Source: Bdellovibrionota bacterium FG-1
Lineage (GTDB): Bacteria; Bdellovibrionota; UBA1018
Reading direction: 5' to 3'
Assembly: GCA_051382295.1 (NCBI GenBank)
Contig: JBBCAW010000067.1
Span: forward strand, 1 to 44,397
DNA length: 44,397 nucleotides
The position numbers and the translations under genes were made by a program. Below are positions 26,149-34,342 of the stretch, piece after piece. Position 1 is the stretch's first letter, and each line of letters opens with the position of its first letter. The notes beneath the pieces are model-generated. The model was not told the origin of the DNA, ran no database searches, and saw only the letters and a list, made by a program, of their open reading frames with translations.

Positions 26149-28014
26149 GTGATCAGGGAATATCCAATCGTCCTAAAAACAGTCCATGGCCGAAAAGAGG
26201 CGCTCGTCCGCCAAATTAGGGCTGATTTGGTGGCCTTGAACCGGGTTTATGAAATCCTTCCGGGTCATGAGGAAATCGAGACCACTCTTTGTCAGGATCT
26301 AGACTGGCTGGTGCAGCAGGATATTGCCGAAGAAATTAAACTCGCTTTCTATAATCCGATTGATTCGACCGATATTTTCCTGGAAAAAAAATATCGTCTC
26401 GGGCTTTTTAATACCACCGCGCGCGCCGGGGAGGTGTCACAGGATCTTGATCAGTGGCGCTTGCCGGACTCTTACGAGTTTGACGTTTTCGTATATTTCA
26501 AAAAGAGTTTTTTGGCTTTGAATTCCCAGGAGCAAGGACGCCGCCTCAGCCGCTTTCACTTCGGTTGGTTTGATTTGGAGAGTTTTTCGACGGATTTACC
26601 CGACAGCCTGCCGTCAGCGGTCAGCATTCAGCCGTCAGCCGTTAGCTCTCAGCCGTCAGCTGTCAGCTCTCAGCTGAGCGTCAAGAAGCACGAGGCGAGT
26701 CATTCCATGACTGGACCGTTCACCTCGGAAAATGGCAAGTCGCTTTTAATCGCCTCTTACACAGATTCTAGAAAGTTGATCGGTGAGTTTATTCAGACGG
26801 CGGCGACGCTTGGCCTCGCCCCCGTGCAATGGACTTACTCTGAGGGGCTTAAGCCTTTAGGCGCGACTGGAGCCTCCGCTATTCCGGACTTTGCTTCCAG
26901 CTACACCTATGACGATCGGCTCTTTTCGTCGCAAAAGCGAGTGTCGCCGTGGGATTTGCTCGGGACGATTCGAAATGAATGCCAGAACGGGCATCGAAAG
27001 AATACGCTCTATTTGCTCGAGGATTTTCATTATTATCTGACGCGCGAAAACCTGTCGGGGCAAGAATTTGCCGAAATGATTTCGATGATCAAGTCCGTGC
27101 CCGAGCCCCTGAAGCGCGCGGGAAGTTTTCTGGTGATTCTGGCCCCGAGCCTGGATTTGCCCCCTGAAGTTGCACCCATCTTTGATACGATCAAGGGGGA
27201 GTCGAGGCTGAAGTCCACGCAGTTGCTCGAGCGTTATGGGCGTGATCTCACGAAACTCGTTCTTGAAAAGAAGATCAAACCCGTGGTGGGACGAGATTCA
27301 GAGATTCGGGAGTGTCTCAAGATTCTTTCGCGGCTCGAGGGCAATAATCCGTTGCTCGTGGGCAAGGCCGGGGTGGGAAAAACCGCGATCGTCGAGGGCT
27401 TGGCGATCCAGATCGTGAGGAATGAGGTGCCTCCGGCATTCCGAAATAAGCGGTTGATTGCCCTCAATTTGAATGCCGTGATTTCGGGAACCAAATATCG
27501 GGGGGAGTTTGAAAAGCGGTTGGAAGGCTTGCTCGAAGAGGTGATGTCGAACGCCGAGAGCATTATCGTCTTCATTGACGAGATTCATACGTTGCTCGGA
27601 ATGGGGAGCACGGAGGGGTCCGCAGGGGCTGAAAACATTCTTAAGCCCTATCTGGCGCGGGGAGAGTTTCCCTGCATCGGTGCGACCACCTATGACGAAT
27701 ACAAAAAGCATATCGAGCCCGACCGGGCTCTCGTCCGGCGGTTTCAGGTGGTCGATATTGCAGAGCCTAATGCGAGCCAGACGGTTGACATCCTGATGGG
27801 GATCAAGAATATTTATGAGAGTCACCATCGAGTCAAGATTTCAAACGATGCCGTCGTGAAGTGCGTGGAGGCCGCTGGAATGTTGACGCAGCAGTATTTC
27901 CCCGGAAAGGCGATCAAGCTGCTCGATAGCGTTTGTGCGTCGGTGTCGTTTGCGGGAAAAGACTCAGTCACTCCCGAGAGTGTCGTCACGGAGTTTAAAA
28001 GGTTGTCTCAGTAG
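26149..28014 (+). CDS. Hybrid AAA+ protein: unknown N-domain, Ycf46-like degenerate AAA domain and a single ClpA/B NBD1
   Basis: C-terminal half has YGRDLT, PVVGRD.EI, NNPLLVGKAGVGKTAIVEGLA, GTKYRGEFE, FIDEIH, IGATT..EY, AL.RRFQ, P.KAI.LLD. The middle region has W..SEGL, LLEDFH, LVILAP.LDLPPE. No NBD2. Confidence 0.85.
   Translation: MIREYPIVLKTVHGRKEALVRQIRADLVALNRVYEILPGHEEIETTLCQDLDWLVQQDIAEEIKLAFYNPIDSTDIFLEKKYRLGLFNTTARAGEVSQDLDQWRLPDSYEFDVFVYFKKSFLALNSQEQGRRLSRFHFGWFDLESFSTDLPDSLPSAVSIQPSAVSSQPSAVSSQLSVKKHEASHSMTGPFTSENGKSLLIASYTDSRKLIGEFIQTAATLGLAPVQWTYSEGLKPLGATGASAIPDFASSYTYDDRLFSSQKRVSPWDLLGTIRNECQNGHRKNTLYLLEDFHYYLTRENLSGQEFAEMISMIKSVPEPLKRAGSFLVILAPSLDLPPEVAPIFDTIKGESRLKSTQLLERYGRDLTKLVLEKKIKPVVGRDSEIRECLKILSRLEGNNPLLVGKAGVGKTAIVEGLAIQIVRNEVPPAFRNKRLIALNLNAVISGTKYRGEFEKRLEGLLEEVMSNAESIIVFIDEIHTLLGMGSTEGSAGAENILKPYLARGEFPCIGATTYDEYKKHIEPDRALVRRFQVVDIAEPNASQTVDILMGIKNIYESHHRVKISNDAVVKCVEAAGMLTQQYFPGKAIKLLDSVCASVSFAGKDSVTPESVVTEFKRLSQ
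26615..26677 (+). repeat. Nine tandem CAGCnnT heptamers, in frame (63 bp)
   Basis: cagcggt cagcatt cagccgt cagccgt tagctct cagccgt cagctgt cagctct cagctga, encoding a SAVS(I/S)QP linker. Confidence 0.85.
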
Positions 28015-28049
28015 CCTTTTGAGTTAGAATTTCCGGGAGGGGTGCAGCA

Positions 28050-30140
28050 ATGAAAAGTAAAAAAAAGATCCTCGTCGTGGACGCCAATAGTCAGACTTTG
28101 AAAGAGTTCATAGGTGAATTTGGCCGCGACTATGAGGTTGCTTCTTGTGCGGACGGCAAATCAGCGCTCGAACAGCTCGAAACTTTTCAACCTGAGGTGT
28201 TGGTGGTCGATGAGGCGCTTGTGGATACACCCTTTACCGAGATATTGGGGCAGGCCGCCAACGGCGTGATCAGGATTGTGACGACCGCAGGGCTGCCGGA
28301 TACCGAAAAGGTTTTTGATTCGGTGAGTGCCAAGCTCGCGGACACATGCTTTGTCAAGCCGCTCAACTATCTCGAACTGCGAAACGTGATTGAAAGGATC
28401 GCGGCGCTGCGGGCCGGTCATGCAGTCGGCGATGCCGACATTCAAGCCGTCTACCAAAAAGTACATACCATCTTTGATAAGGTGAGCGACGCGGAAAAGC
28501 TTCAAAAAGAGGCGCAAAGTCAGCTAGAAAAGGCGCGAAAACTCGAAGAGCAGAGTTTGGCTCGGGTCGAGAACGTGGCGCGCGACCATCAGAGGTTCAA
28601 ACAAAAAATCAGTGACCTCGAAAAAGAAATGGGGTCTAGCAAGGATAAAGCTAAACAGCTCCAGGGACAGAACGAGGTTCTGACCAAGGAAAAAGAGAAG
28701 GCTCAGGACACCCTGAAGGAAATCGAAATCCAGGTCGATTCGACCAAAAGCGCGACTTTGCATGTTTCTGCGGATCTCAAGGTCAGCGGGCGTCAAAAGA
28801 TCGACGGCAAGGACTCGGTTTTGTTCGTGGATGACGAAGAAGACCTTCGAAAAATGTTTTCTGACGTATTTAAGAGCAAATTCAATATTCATCTCGCGGA
28901 CTGTGCGGATGCGGCCGTTATGGCGCTGACGCAGCATCCCGAGGTGGCTTTGGTGGTCACGGATTGCCGGATGCCTCGAAAAACGGGGATTGAGTTGTCC
29001 TATGAAATTCGTAAAACCCATCCCGATCTGCCTATTTTTCTCCTCACTGGATTTGGCGAAATGGACGCCGCGATCAAGGCGATGAATGAAGGTGCCATTC
29101 AACAGTACTATGGCAAGCCCTTTAAATCGGTCGAATTGAGCAAGGCGATCCGTGAGGGGATTGACAAGAGTGATGACGCCGTCGCGCAAAAAACCCTGAT
29201 TTCGGCCAAGAAGGGCTTCGTCGTCGATCGAATCAAAGACTTGGTAGCGCAGGTGGCGAGCCTCGAGCACAACTATTCCAAGGTTCATGAGGAGGAGGAG
29301 CGGCTGCGAGGGGAATCGGCGAAAATGAGCCAGGAGTTGGTCGAGATCAAGACCGAAAGAGATGAATTGAGAGTCTCGGTCGTTAAAGAACGAGAACAGA
29401 TGCGTGACGAGATGGCCGAGGAGAAGCGCAAAGTCGACGCCGACATCGCCAAACGCATGGATGAAGCCACGAGGCTTTTAGAGACCGAAAGGCAAAAATA
29501 CAAAGACGAACTCGTGGAGTTGGAGCTCAAGTTCAAGGCGGACAAGGAAAAAGCCGAACTTCAGTTGGCCGAGATGCGAAAGAAGATGGAAGCCGAGCAG
29601 GCCATCGAGCAGCAGAAGCTGGTCGATGAACGTCAGAAGCTCGAGCTTCAGTTAGCCGAAACCCGCAAGCAGATGGAGATCGAGAAGGCCGATATTGAGG
29701 CCAAACTGGTCATCGAGCGTAAAAGGGGCGAAGAAGAGCTCGCCCGGGTTCAAGCGGATATTGCCGGGACCAAGGCCAGGATTGAAGCGGAGATTCGGCA
29801 GGAGCTGATCGAAATGAAAAGAGTGGCCGAGGCGGAGATCGAAATATTGAAGAAGACCGTCACGAAGGATCTCGACAAACTTCGGGAAGAGTCGATCAAA
29901 AAAGAAAAAGAACTCAATGAGAAGATCAATCAGGTGGGCCGTACGCTTCGTGAAAAAGAAGATGAACTCAACACGAAGAAGCGCTCCATGGCCGAGATGG
30001 AAAAAGAAATGGTGAATATGAAACGAGAGCGCGACGTCGCGGTCAAAGAGCATGATTCCATGAGGGGTGAGTACGACCTTCTGACTCAGTCTCGAGATGC
30101 GCTGGACGCGGAACTCAGTGAATTGAAAGGATCCAGATAA
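28050..30140 (+). CDS. REC-coiled coil-REC-long coiled-coil protein
   Basis: REC1 (ILVVD, VVDEAL, KP), canonical REC2 (FVDDE, VTDCRMP, LTG, KP), then more than 300 aa of E/K/R-rich heptads; TAATG coupling to the mad28-like gene. Confidence 0.85.
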   Translation: MKSKKKILVVDANSQTLKEFIGEFGRDYEVASCADGKSALEQLETFQPEVLVVDEALVDTPFTEILGQAANGVIRIVTTAGLPDTEKVFDSVSAKLADTCFVKPLNYLELRNVIERIAALRAGHAVGDADIQAVYQKVHTIFDKVSDAEKLQKEAQSQLEKARKLEEQSLARVENVARDHQRFKQKISDLEKEMGSSKDKAKQLQGQNEVLTKEKEKAQDTLKEIEIQVDSTKSATLHVSADLKVSGRQKIDGKDSVLFVDDEEDLRKMFSDVFKSKFNIHLADCADAAVMALTQHPEVALVVTDCRMPRKTGIELSYEIRKTHPDLPIFLLTGFGEMDAAIKAMNEGAIQQYYGKPFKSVELSKAIREGIDKSDDAVAQKTLISAKKGFVVDRIKDLVAQVASLEHNYSKVHEEEERLRGESAKMSQELVEIKTERDELRVSVVKEREQMRDEMAEEKRKVDADIAKRMDEATRLLETERQKYKDELVELELKFKADKEKAELQLAEMRKKMEAEQAIEQQKLVDERQKLELQLAETRKQMEIEKADIEAKLVIERKRGEEELARVQADIAGTKARIEAEIRQELIEMKRVAEAEIEILKKTVTKDLDKLREESIKKEKELNEKINQVGRTLREKEDELNTKKRSMAEMEKEMVNMKRERDVAVKEHDSMRGEYDLLTQSRDALDAELSELKGSR

Positions 30141-31345
30141 TGTCGGAAACTCATGAAACGGTCGCCGTAGGGGGCGAGCTTGGCACGTCCTCCTGCAAGT
30201 TTTGTTGCGAAGATACGGTGCTCCTGTTTTCGTCCGTGGTCGGCGACGCCTTGACGGAGTCGATGGAAAATAGCTGGCGGCACATGAACCGCTCCGTGGA
30301 CTCCCGTTGGGTGAGAAACCTCGCGGTTTTTGATGATTCCCGAAGCGCGTGGCGCTACGTCGGAGCCATGACCCGGCGTTCTGAAAAGACCGATTGGTTT
30401 ACCCACAAGGGCTTGATCACCAATCATGACGATGCGTTCGTGGCGATCAAAGCCGGCCTGTTTTTGCTTTTTCTGGAAATGGAGAAAAAAGGAAAACCCT
30501 TGGATCGGATCGGCTTGGGATTTGGCATCACGGTTCGACACGGGGAAAACGTGATCGAAAAGTTTTTTGCCTATATCAAGGATCATCTCGTGGTACGAGA
30601 CGGCAAAAAATACCTCGCGATCAAGGCCAAGAATGTGGCGCTCAACGAAGTCCGTGAGATTGAGATTCAAATGGATTTTTGCGTGATGCAATACCAGGCC
30701 TACGGCGCGTATATGGCGCTCCTCTTTAGTAAGTATAATATGGCGGTTCAAAACACCTATGTCGTCGATATCGGACATGGCACGTGGATCAAGCTGCCGA
30801 TTATCGACAATGAAGCGGAAATCGGACTTTCTGATTCCTTTACCGAAGGCATTTTTACGATCACCCGCAATATCAGCAATGTGATTTTCGAGAGTAGTGG
30901 CCAGAAGTTCAAGATTCCCGAGCAGCGGTTGATGGAGAGATTGCCGAGCAAGGATTACAAAATCGAAGTGCCGGGCACGGGCTTCTTTGATTTTACGAAA
31001 CTTCTGCAACAGCAGACGGCGGTGCTCGCGCGCAATATTAGTGACAAAATAGCCGTAGATATCGCCACCTTATCCGCCAAGGGGCAGTCGATCGATTACT
31101 TCATTATTATTGGCGGCGGGGCTCATCTTTTGTTTGAAGGCATCAAGAAGAACATTGGTGAGTACTTTAATTGGAGTCAAGAAATCCTGGATCAGCGCGT
31201 GATGGGTGCGGAAGCGACGGGCGTGGACCCCCGGCATATCAACTGCGTGGGCTTTATGCTCCTGGCCCGGGATCAGATCGCGATGGACAGTGGTAAGGAT
31301 GTTGTGCCAGGATTTTCGGTCACAAATATCATTCAAGAATTTTAG
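30140..31345 (+). CDS. mad28: Actin-like magnetosome protein, Mad28-like
   Basis: Atypical phosphate-1 VGGELGTSSCKF, SSVVG, phosphate-2 VVDIGHGT, adenosine IIGGGA; about 400 aa; follows mad23-26-like genes. Confidence 0.72.
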   Translation: MSETHETVAVGGELGTSSCKFCCEDTVLLFSSVVGDALTESMENSWRHMNRSVDSRWVRNLAVFDDSRSAWRYVGAMTRRSEKTDWFTHKGLITNHDDAFVAIKAGLFLLFLEMEKKGKPLDRIGLGFGITVRHGENVIEKFFAYIKDHLVVRDGKKYLAIKAKNVALNEVREIEIQMDFCVMQYQAYGAYMALLFSKYNMAVQNTYVVDIGHGTWIKLPIIDNEAEIGLSDSFTEGIFTITRNISNVIFESSGQKFKIPEQRLMERLPSKDYKIEVPGTGFFDFTKLLQQQTAVLARNISDKIAVDIATLSAKGQSIDYFIIIGGGAHLLFEGIKKNIGEYFNWSQEILDQRVMGAEATGVDPRHINCVGFMLLARDQIAMDSGKDVVPGFSVTNIIQEF

Positions 31346-31381
31346 GCAAGAATTTTAAGCGAGAATATTAGGGAGGTTTTT

Positions 31382-31909
31382 ATGGACGTTTCTTATCTGT
31401 GCATTGATGCAGAGCTCGAAAACTTGTTTAACCGGTTCGGCAAGCAGCATCCCGAAGGCTCCAAAGAGGTCTTGAAGGTCGTACTGAAGACCTATTTGAA
31501 GCTGGTCGAAACCAGTCGCAAGCGGGGCACGGATCCGCTTTTGAGTCTTCAAGATTTGGTCGAGCGCATCACCTCGGGCGATATGTATCGATCGACCAAG
31601 GACAAGATTAATAGTCTTGATTCCATGTTGGAGGCCAAAGAGGATCAGTCCAGTCACTTGGAAGGTTCCGCCCTTTTTGAGGAAATTCGAGAAATTAAAA
31701 ACACCATGCGCAAGATGCAGTGGAGTCAAGGCCCATCCGGGCCCGCGCAAGGAAGCTCACAGGGAAGTGCAGAGGGTAGTCTGAGTGACTTCAATCCCAA
31801 GGATGCGGCCAAGCTGATCACGATCGAGGAATCCAGCGAAATCAAAAAGGGCGCGAACTATATGGAGATTCGCAAGAAGGGTAAGCCCCCCAAAAAGATC
31901 GTTTTTTAA
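31382..31909 (+). CDS. Hypothetical protein with an RHH-like N-terminus, flexible linker and basic C-tail (possible Mad27/Mad29-position protein)
   Basis: GGAGG RBS; 175 aa; lies between two actin-fold genes. Confidence 0.7.
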   Translation: MDVSYLCIDAELENLFNRFGKQHPEGSKEVLKVVLKTYLKLVETSRKRGTDPLLSLQDLVERITSGDMYRSTKDKINSLDSMLEAKEDQSSHLEGSALFEEIREIKNTMRKMQWSQGPSGPAQGSSQGSAEGSLSDFNPKDAAKLITIEESSEIKKGANYMEIRKKGKPPKKIVF

Positions 31910-31926
31910 GTGGATAGAAAACGCGC

Positions 31927-32940
31927 GTGAAAAAAATTTACCTCGATCCGGGCGCGTTTTATACGAAGGTCTATGTCCTGGAGTCGACCGCCTCGAATGG
32001 GTTTAAGTTTTTTGGAAGAAGTTTCTTCCCTACGGCGGCCGCGCAAGTCTTGGAAATACCTGAACGGGTCATTGGCTACGAGCATGGCGGGAGCCGTTAT
32101 CTTGTGGGGAGTGATTGCCCGGGTGACCTTTGGAATGTCGCGGATACCAGTGACGCGGGACTGGCTCGGAACGCGCTTATCATCAAATTAATCGTCAACA
32201 AGGCGCTTTTTGATTATGCAGACTCCGACGACGAGGTCGAGTTACACGTCGTGGTCGATACCCCGGAGAAAAGGGGTATTTTCGAGGCAATTACGACGGA
32301 GCGCACGGGCAAATTGACGGTCGCGGGTTTTCGCGGTCCGAAAAAGATCGCCAAGACGCTGACTCTTCAGATGAAGGTGTTGCCCACCTCGGATGGCGTG
32401 CTGGGCTATCTCAGAAAGATTAAGGCCCAGTTTGATTCCTCGCTTTTTGTCGACATCGGCTACTCCTCCACGAAACTGTACGTTGCGAGCGCCCGGCAGG
32501 GCGTGGAGAAGTTTGCGACCTTTGAGTTCGGGGCGCGCTTCTATCTCGACGCCATTATTCGGGCGCTCAAGGATGAAGGTATCGGGCCCCTAGAACCGTA
32601 TTGGCTCACGAAGCAGCTCGAGTTGGGTTGCAAGTCGCTTGAGGTTACGAACGAGGGGCATGCGAGTCGGCAAGTCGATGTGTCTTTGATCCTGGAAAAC
32701 GCACGATGGGACACCAACAAGGATTTTAAAAGAATCACCGTCGATTTCATGACGGATTATTATAATAACAATTCGAGGTGGCCGGGTTTGCTCGTGGTCA
32801 CCGGCGGCGGGGCGCTCTTTAATGGCGATTTGCTCTGCACGGCTTTGGCTCACGACGGCTATCGGTTCGACGATCTTTTTATTGATAAGAGCCCTCTGTA
32901 TACAGTGCTTGAAGGTCTGGCACGATCAGGGATACACTAG
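31927..32940 (+). CDS. Divergent actin-like ATPase (ParM/StbA-like fold)
   Basis: Phosphate-1 IYLDPGAFYTK, FPT, phosphate-2 FVDIGYSSTK, adenosine VVTGGGA. Confidence 0.8.
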   Translation: MKKIYLDPGAFYTKVYVLESTASNGFKFFGRSFFPTAAAQVLEIPERVIGYEHGGSRYLVGSDCPGDLWNVADTSDAGLARNALIIKLIVNKALFDYADSDDEVELHVVVDTPEKRGIFEAITTERTGKLTVAGFRGPKKIAKTLTLQMKVLPTSDGVLGYLRKIKAQFDSSLFVDIGYSSTKLYVASARQGVEKFATFEFGARFYLDAIIRALKDEGIGPLEPYWLTKQLELGCKSLEVTNEGHASRQVDVSLILENARWDTNKDFKRITVDFMTDYYNNNSRWPGLLVVTGGGALFNGDLLCTALAHDGYRFDDLFIDKSPLYTVLEGLARSGIH

Positions 32941-32971
32941 AACGAGTATCTAGACATGGAGGTCATTTACG

Positions 32972-34333
32972 ATGAACGGAGATAGCGGCACGGAGGCGGC
33001 CGCCAGGCTGACCGGTTTGCTCGGTATTGTGGAACGGGTATGCGCCGGGGATATTTCGGCGCGAGCGGCGGTGGACGCGGATCTTGATCCCGTCGGCCGG
33101 CTGGCGCTTCAAATCAACGCGATGCTTGATGGTTTTCAGGAGCGGGAAGCTGATCTGTTCAAGGTCGGTGAATTACATAAAAATATTGTAGAATCCTTGC
33201 ATGACATGGTGATGATCATGGATCTGGATATGATCATTCGCCGGGTTAATCCCGCGGTTTTGAGTCAGCTCCACTTCGAGTCCTCGGAGCTGATTGGCAA
33301 AAAGGTTCATGAGATAGCCGAAGGCATGGAGGCGATCGCTAGTGCCGATGCGTTCGACCAGGTGGTGGCCATGCTGCCAAGTCAGGCCGAAGCCAGTTTG
33401 CGCACGAAGGACGGTCGAAAGATTCCCGTCCTTTTATCGCATTCCGTCTTCCATAATACCTATGGAAATATTGCGGGCATTGTTTGGCTGGCCAAGGATA
33501 TTTCTACGCTGAAGACCATGCATACGGAATTGACGGTCTATGCTGAGGAACTTGCAAAACAGAACACCTTGATCAAAGAAACCACTTATAATCTCGTGCA
33601 GATGGATAAACTCAGTGCCCTCGGCGAACTCTCCGCCGGCGTGGCCCATGAACTGAATCAGCCGCTCAACTGCATTAAGCTGATTTCTCAAAGCCTTTTG
33701 CGGGACATTGAAAAAGACCGGCTGGTGGTTAAAGAACTCGGGCAAGAACTCCAAAGCGTCGTGCAAGAAGTCGGTAAAATGGCCGAGATTATCAACCATA
33801 TGAGGGTATTTACCCGAAAAACCGACGAAATGGTCACCGAGTTAATCGACATCAACGAGCCGATCATCGGCGTCTTCAAGCTCTTCGGCAAACAAATCGA
33901 GACCCATGGCATCGAAGTCGTCAAGGAGTTGCAGGAGGGGTTGCCGAAGGTCACGGCGGACGCTAACAAGATTGAGCAGGTGGTCCTGAATCTCGTTGGC
34001 AACGCGCGCATGGCGGTGGATAGTTTTCGCACGGATGGCAAGAAGATCTCCATCAAGACCGCGGTTAGTGCGGATGGCTGCCACGTTGAAGTGATTATTA
34101 CGGATAACGGTGGGGGCATTTCCGAACAGAATAAGAAAAAGATCTTTGCGCCTTTTTTCACCACCAAAGAACCTGGAAAAGGGACAGGCCTGGGTCTGAG
34201 TGTCTCGAAGAAAATTATTGAGGAGCACGGCGGGACCCTTGAGTTTGCCTCCAAAGAAGGCGAAGGGGCGATCTTTACGGTGACTTTACCCATCGTGGCG
34301 GTTGCACCGACTGGGGTAGAAGTTAAAAGCTAA
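32972..34333 (+). CDS. Cytoplasmic histidine kinase (HAMP-like, PAS, HisKA, HATPase)
   Basis: H-box GVAHELNQP, N-box NLVGNA, DNGGG, PFFTTK.PGKGTGLGL. Confidence 0.93.
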   Translation: MNGDSGTEAAARLTGLLGIVERVCAGDISARAAVDADLDPVGRLALQINAMLDGFQEREADLFKVGELHKNIVESLHDMVMIMDLDMIIRRVNPAVLSQLHFESSELIGKKVHEIAEGMEAIASADAFDQVVAMLPSQAEASLRTKDGRKIPVLLSHSVFHNTYGNIAGIVWLAKDISTLKTMHTELTVYAEELAKQNTLIKETTYNLVQMDKLSALGELSAGVAHELNQPLNCIKLISQSLLRDIEKDRLVVKELGQELQSVVQEVGKMAEIINHMRVFTRKTDEMVTELIDINEPIIGVFKLFGKQIETHGIEVVKELQEGLPKVTADANKIEQVVLNLVGNARMAVDSFRTDGKKISIKTAVSADGCHVEVIITDNGGGISEQNKKKIFAPFFTTKEPGKGTGLGLSVSKKIIEEHGGTLEFASKEGEGAIFTVTLPIVAVAPTGVEVKS

Positions 34334-34342
34334 AGGGAGAGA

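Noticed and set aside
26149..28014. Housekeeping clpB/clpA or T6SS clpV
   Set aside because: There are no Clp-N repeats, no NBD2, no downstream remnant of one, and no T6SS genes nearby.
23893..30140. SMC/Wadjet, phage tape-measure or contractile-system interpretation of the coiled-coil genes
   Set aside because: There are no ABC/SMC head motifs and no phage structural genes; the order and neighbours fit mad genes better.
30086..31009. Long antisense or alternate-frame ORFs (e.g. 71-526, 30086-31009, 37142-37828, 39236-39922, 42409-43179)
   Set aside because: They are shadows of well-supported genes and have no recognisable motifs.
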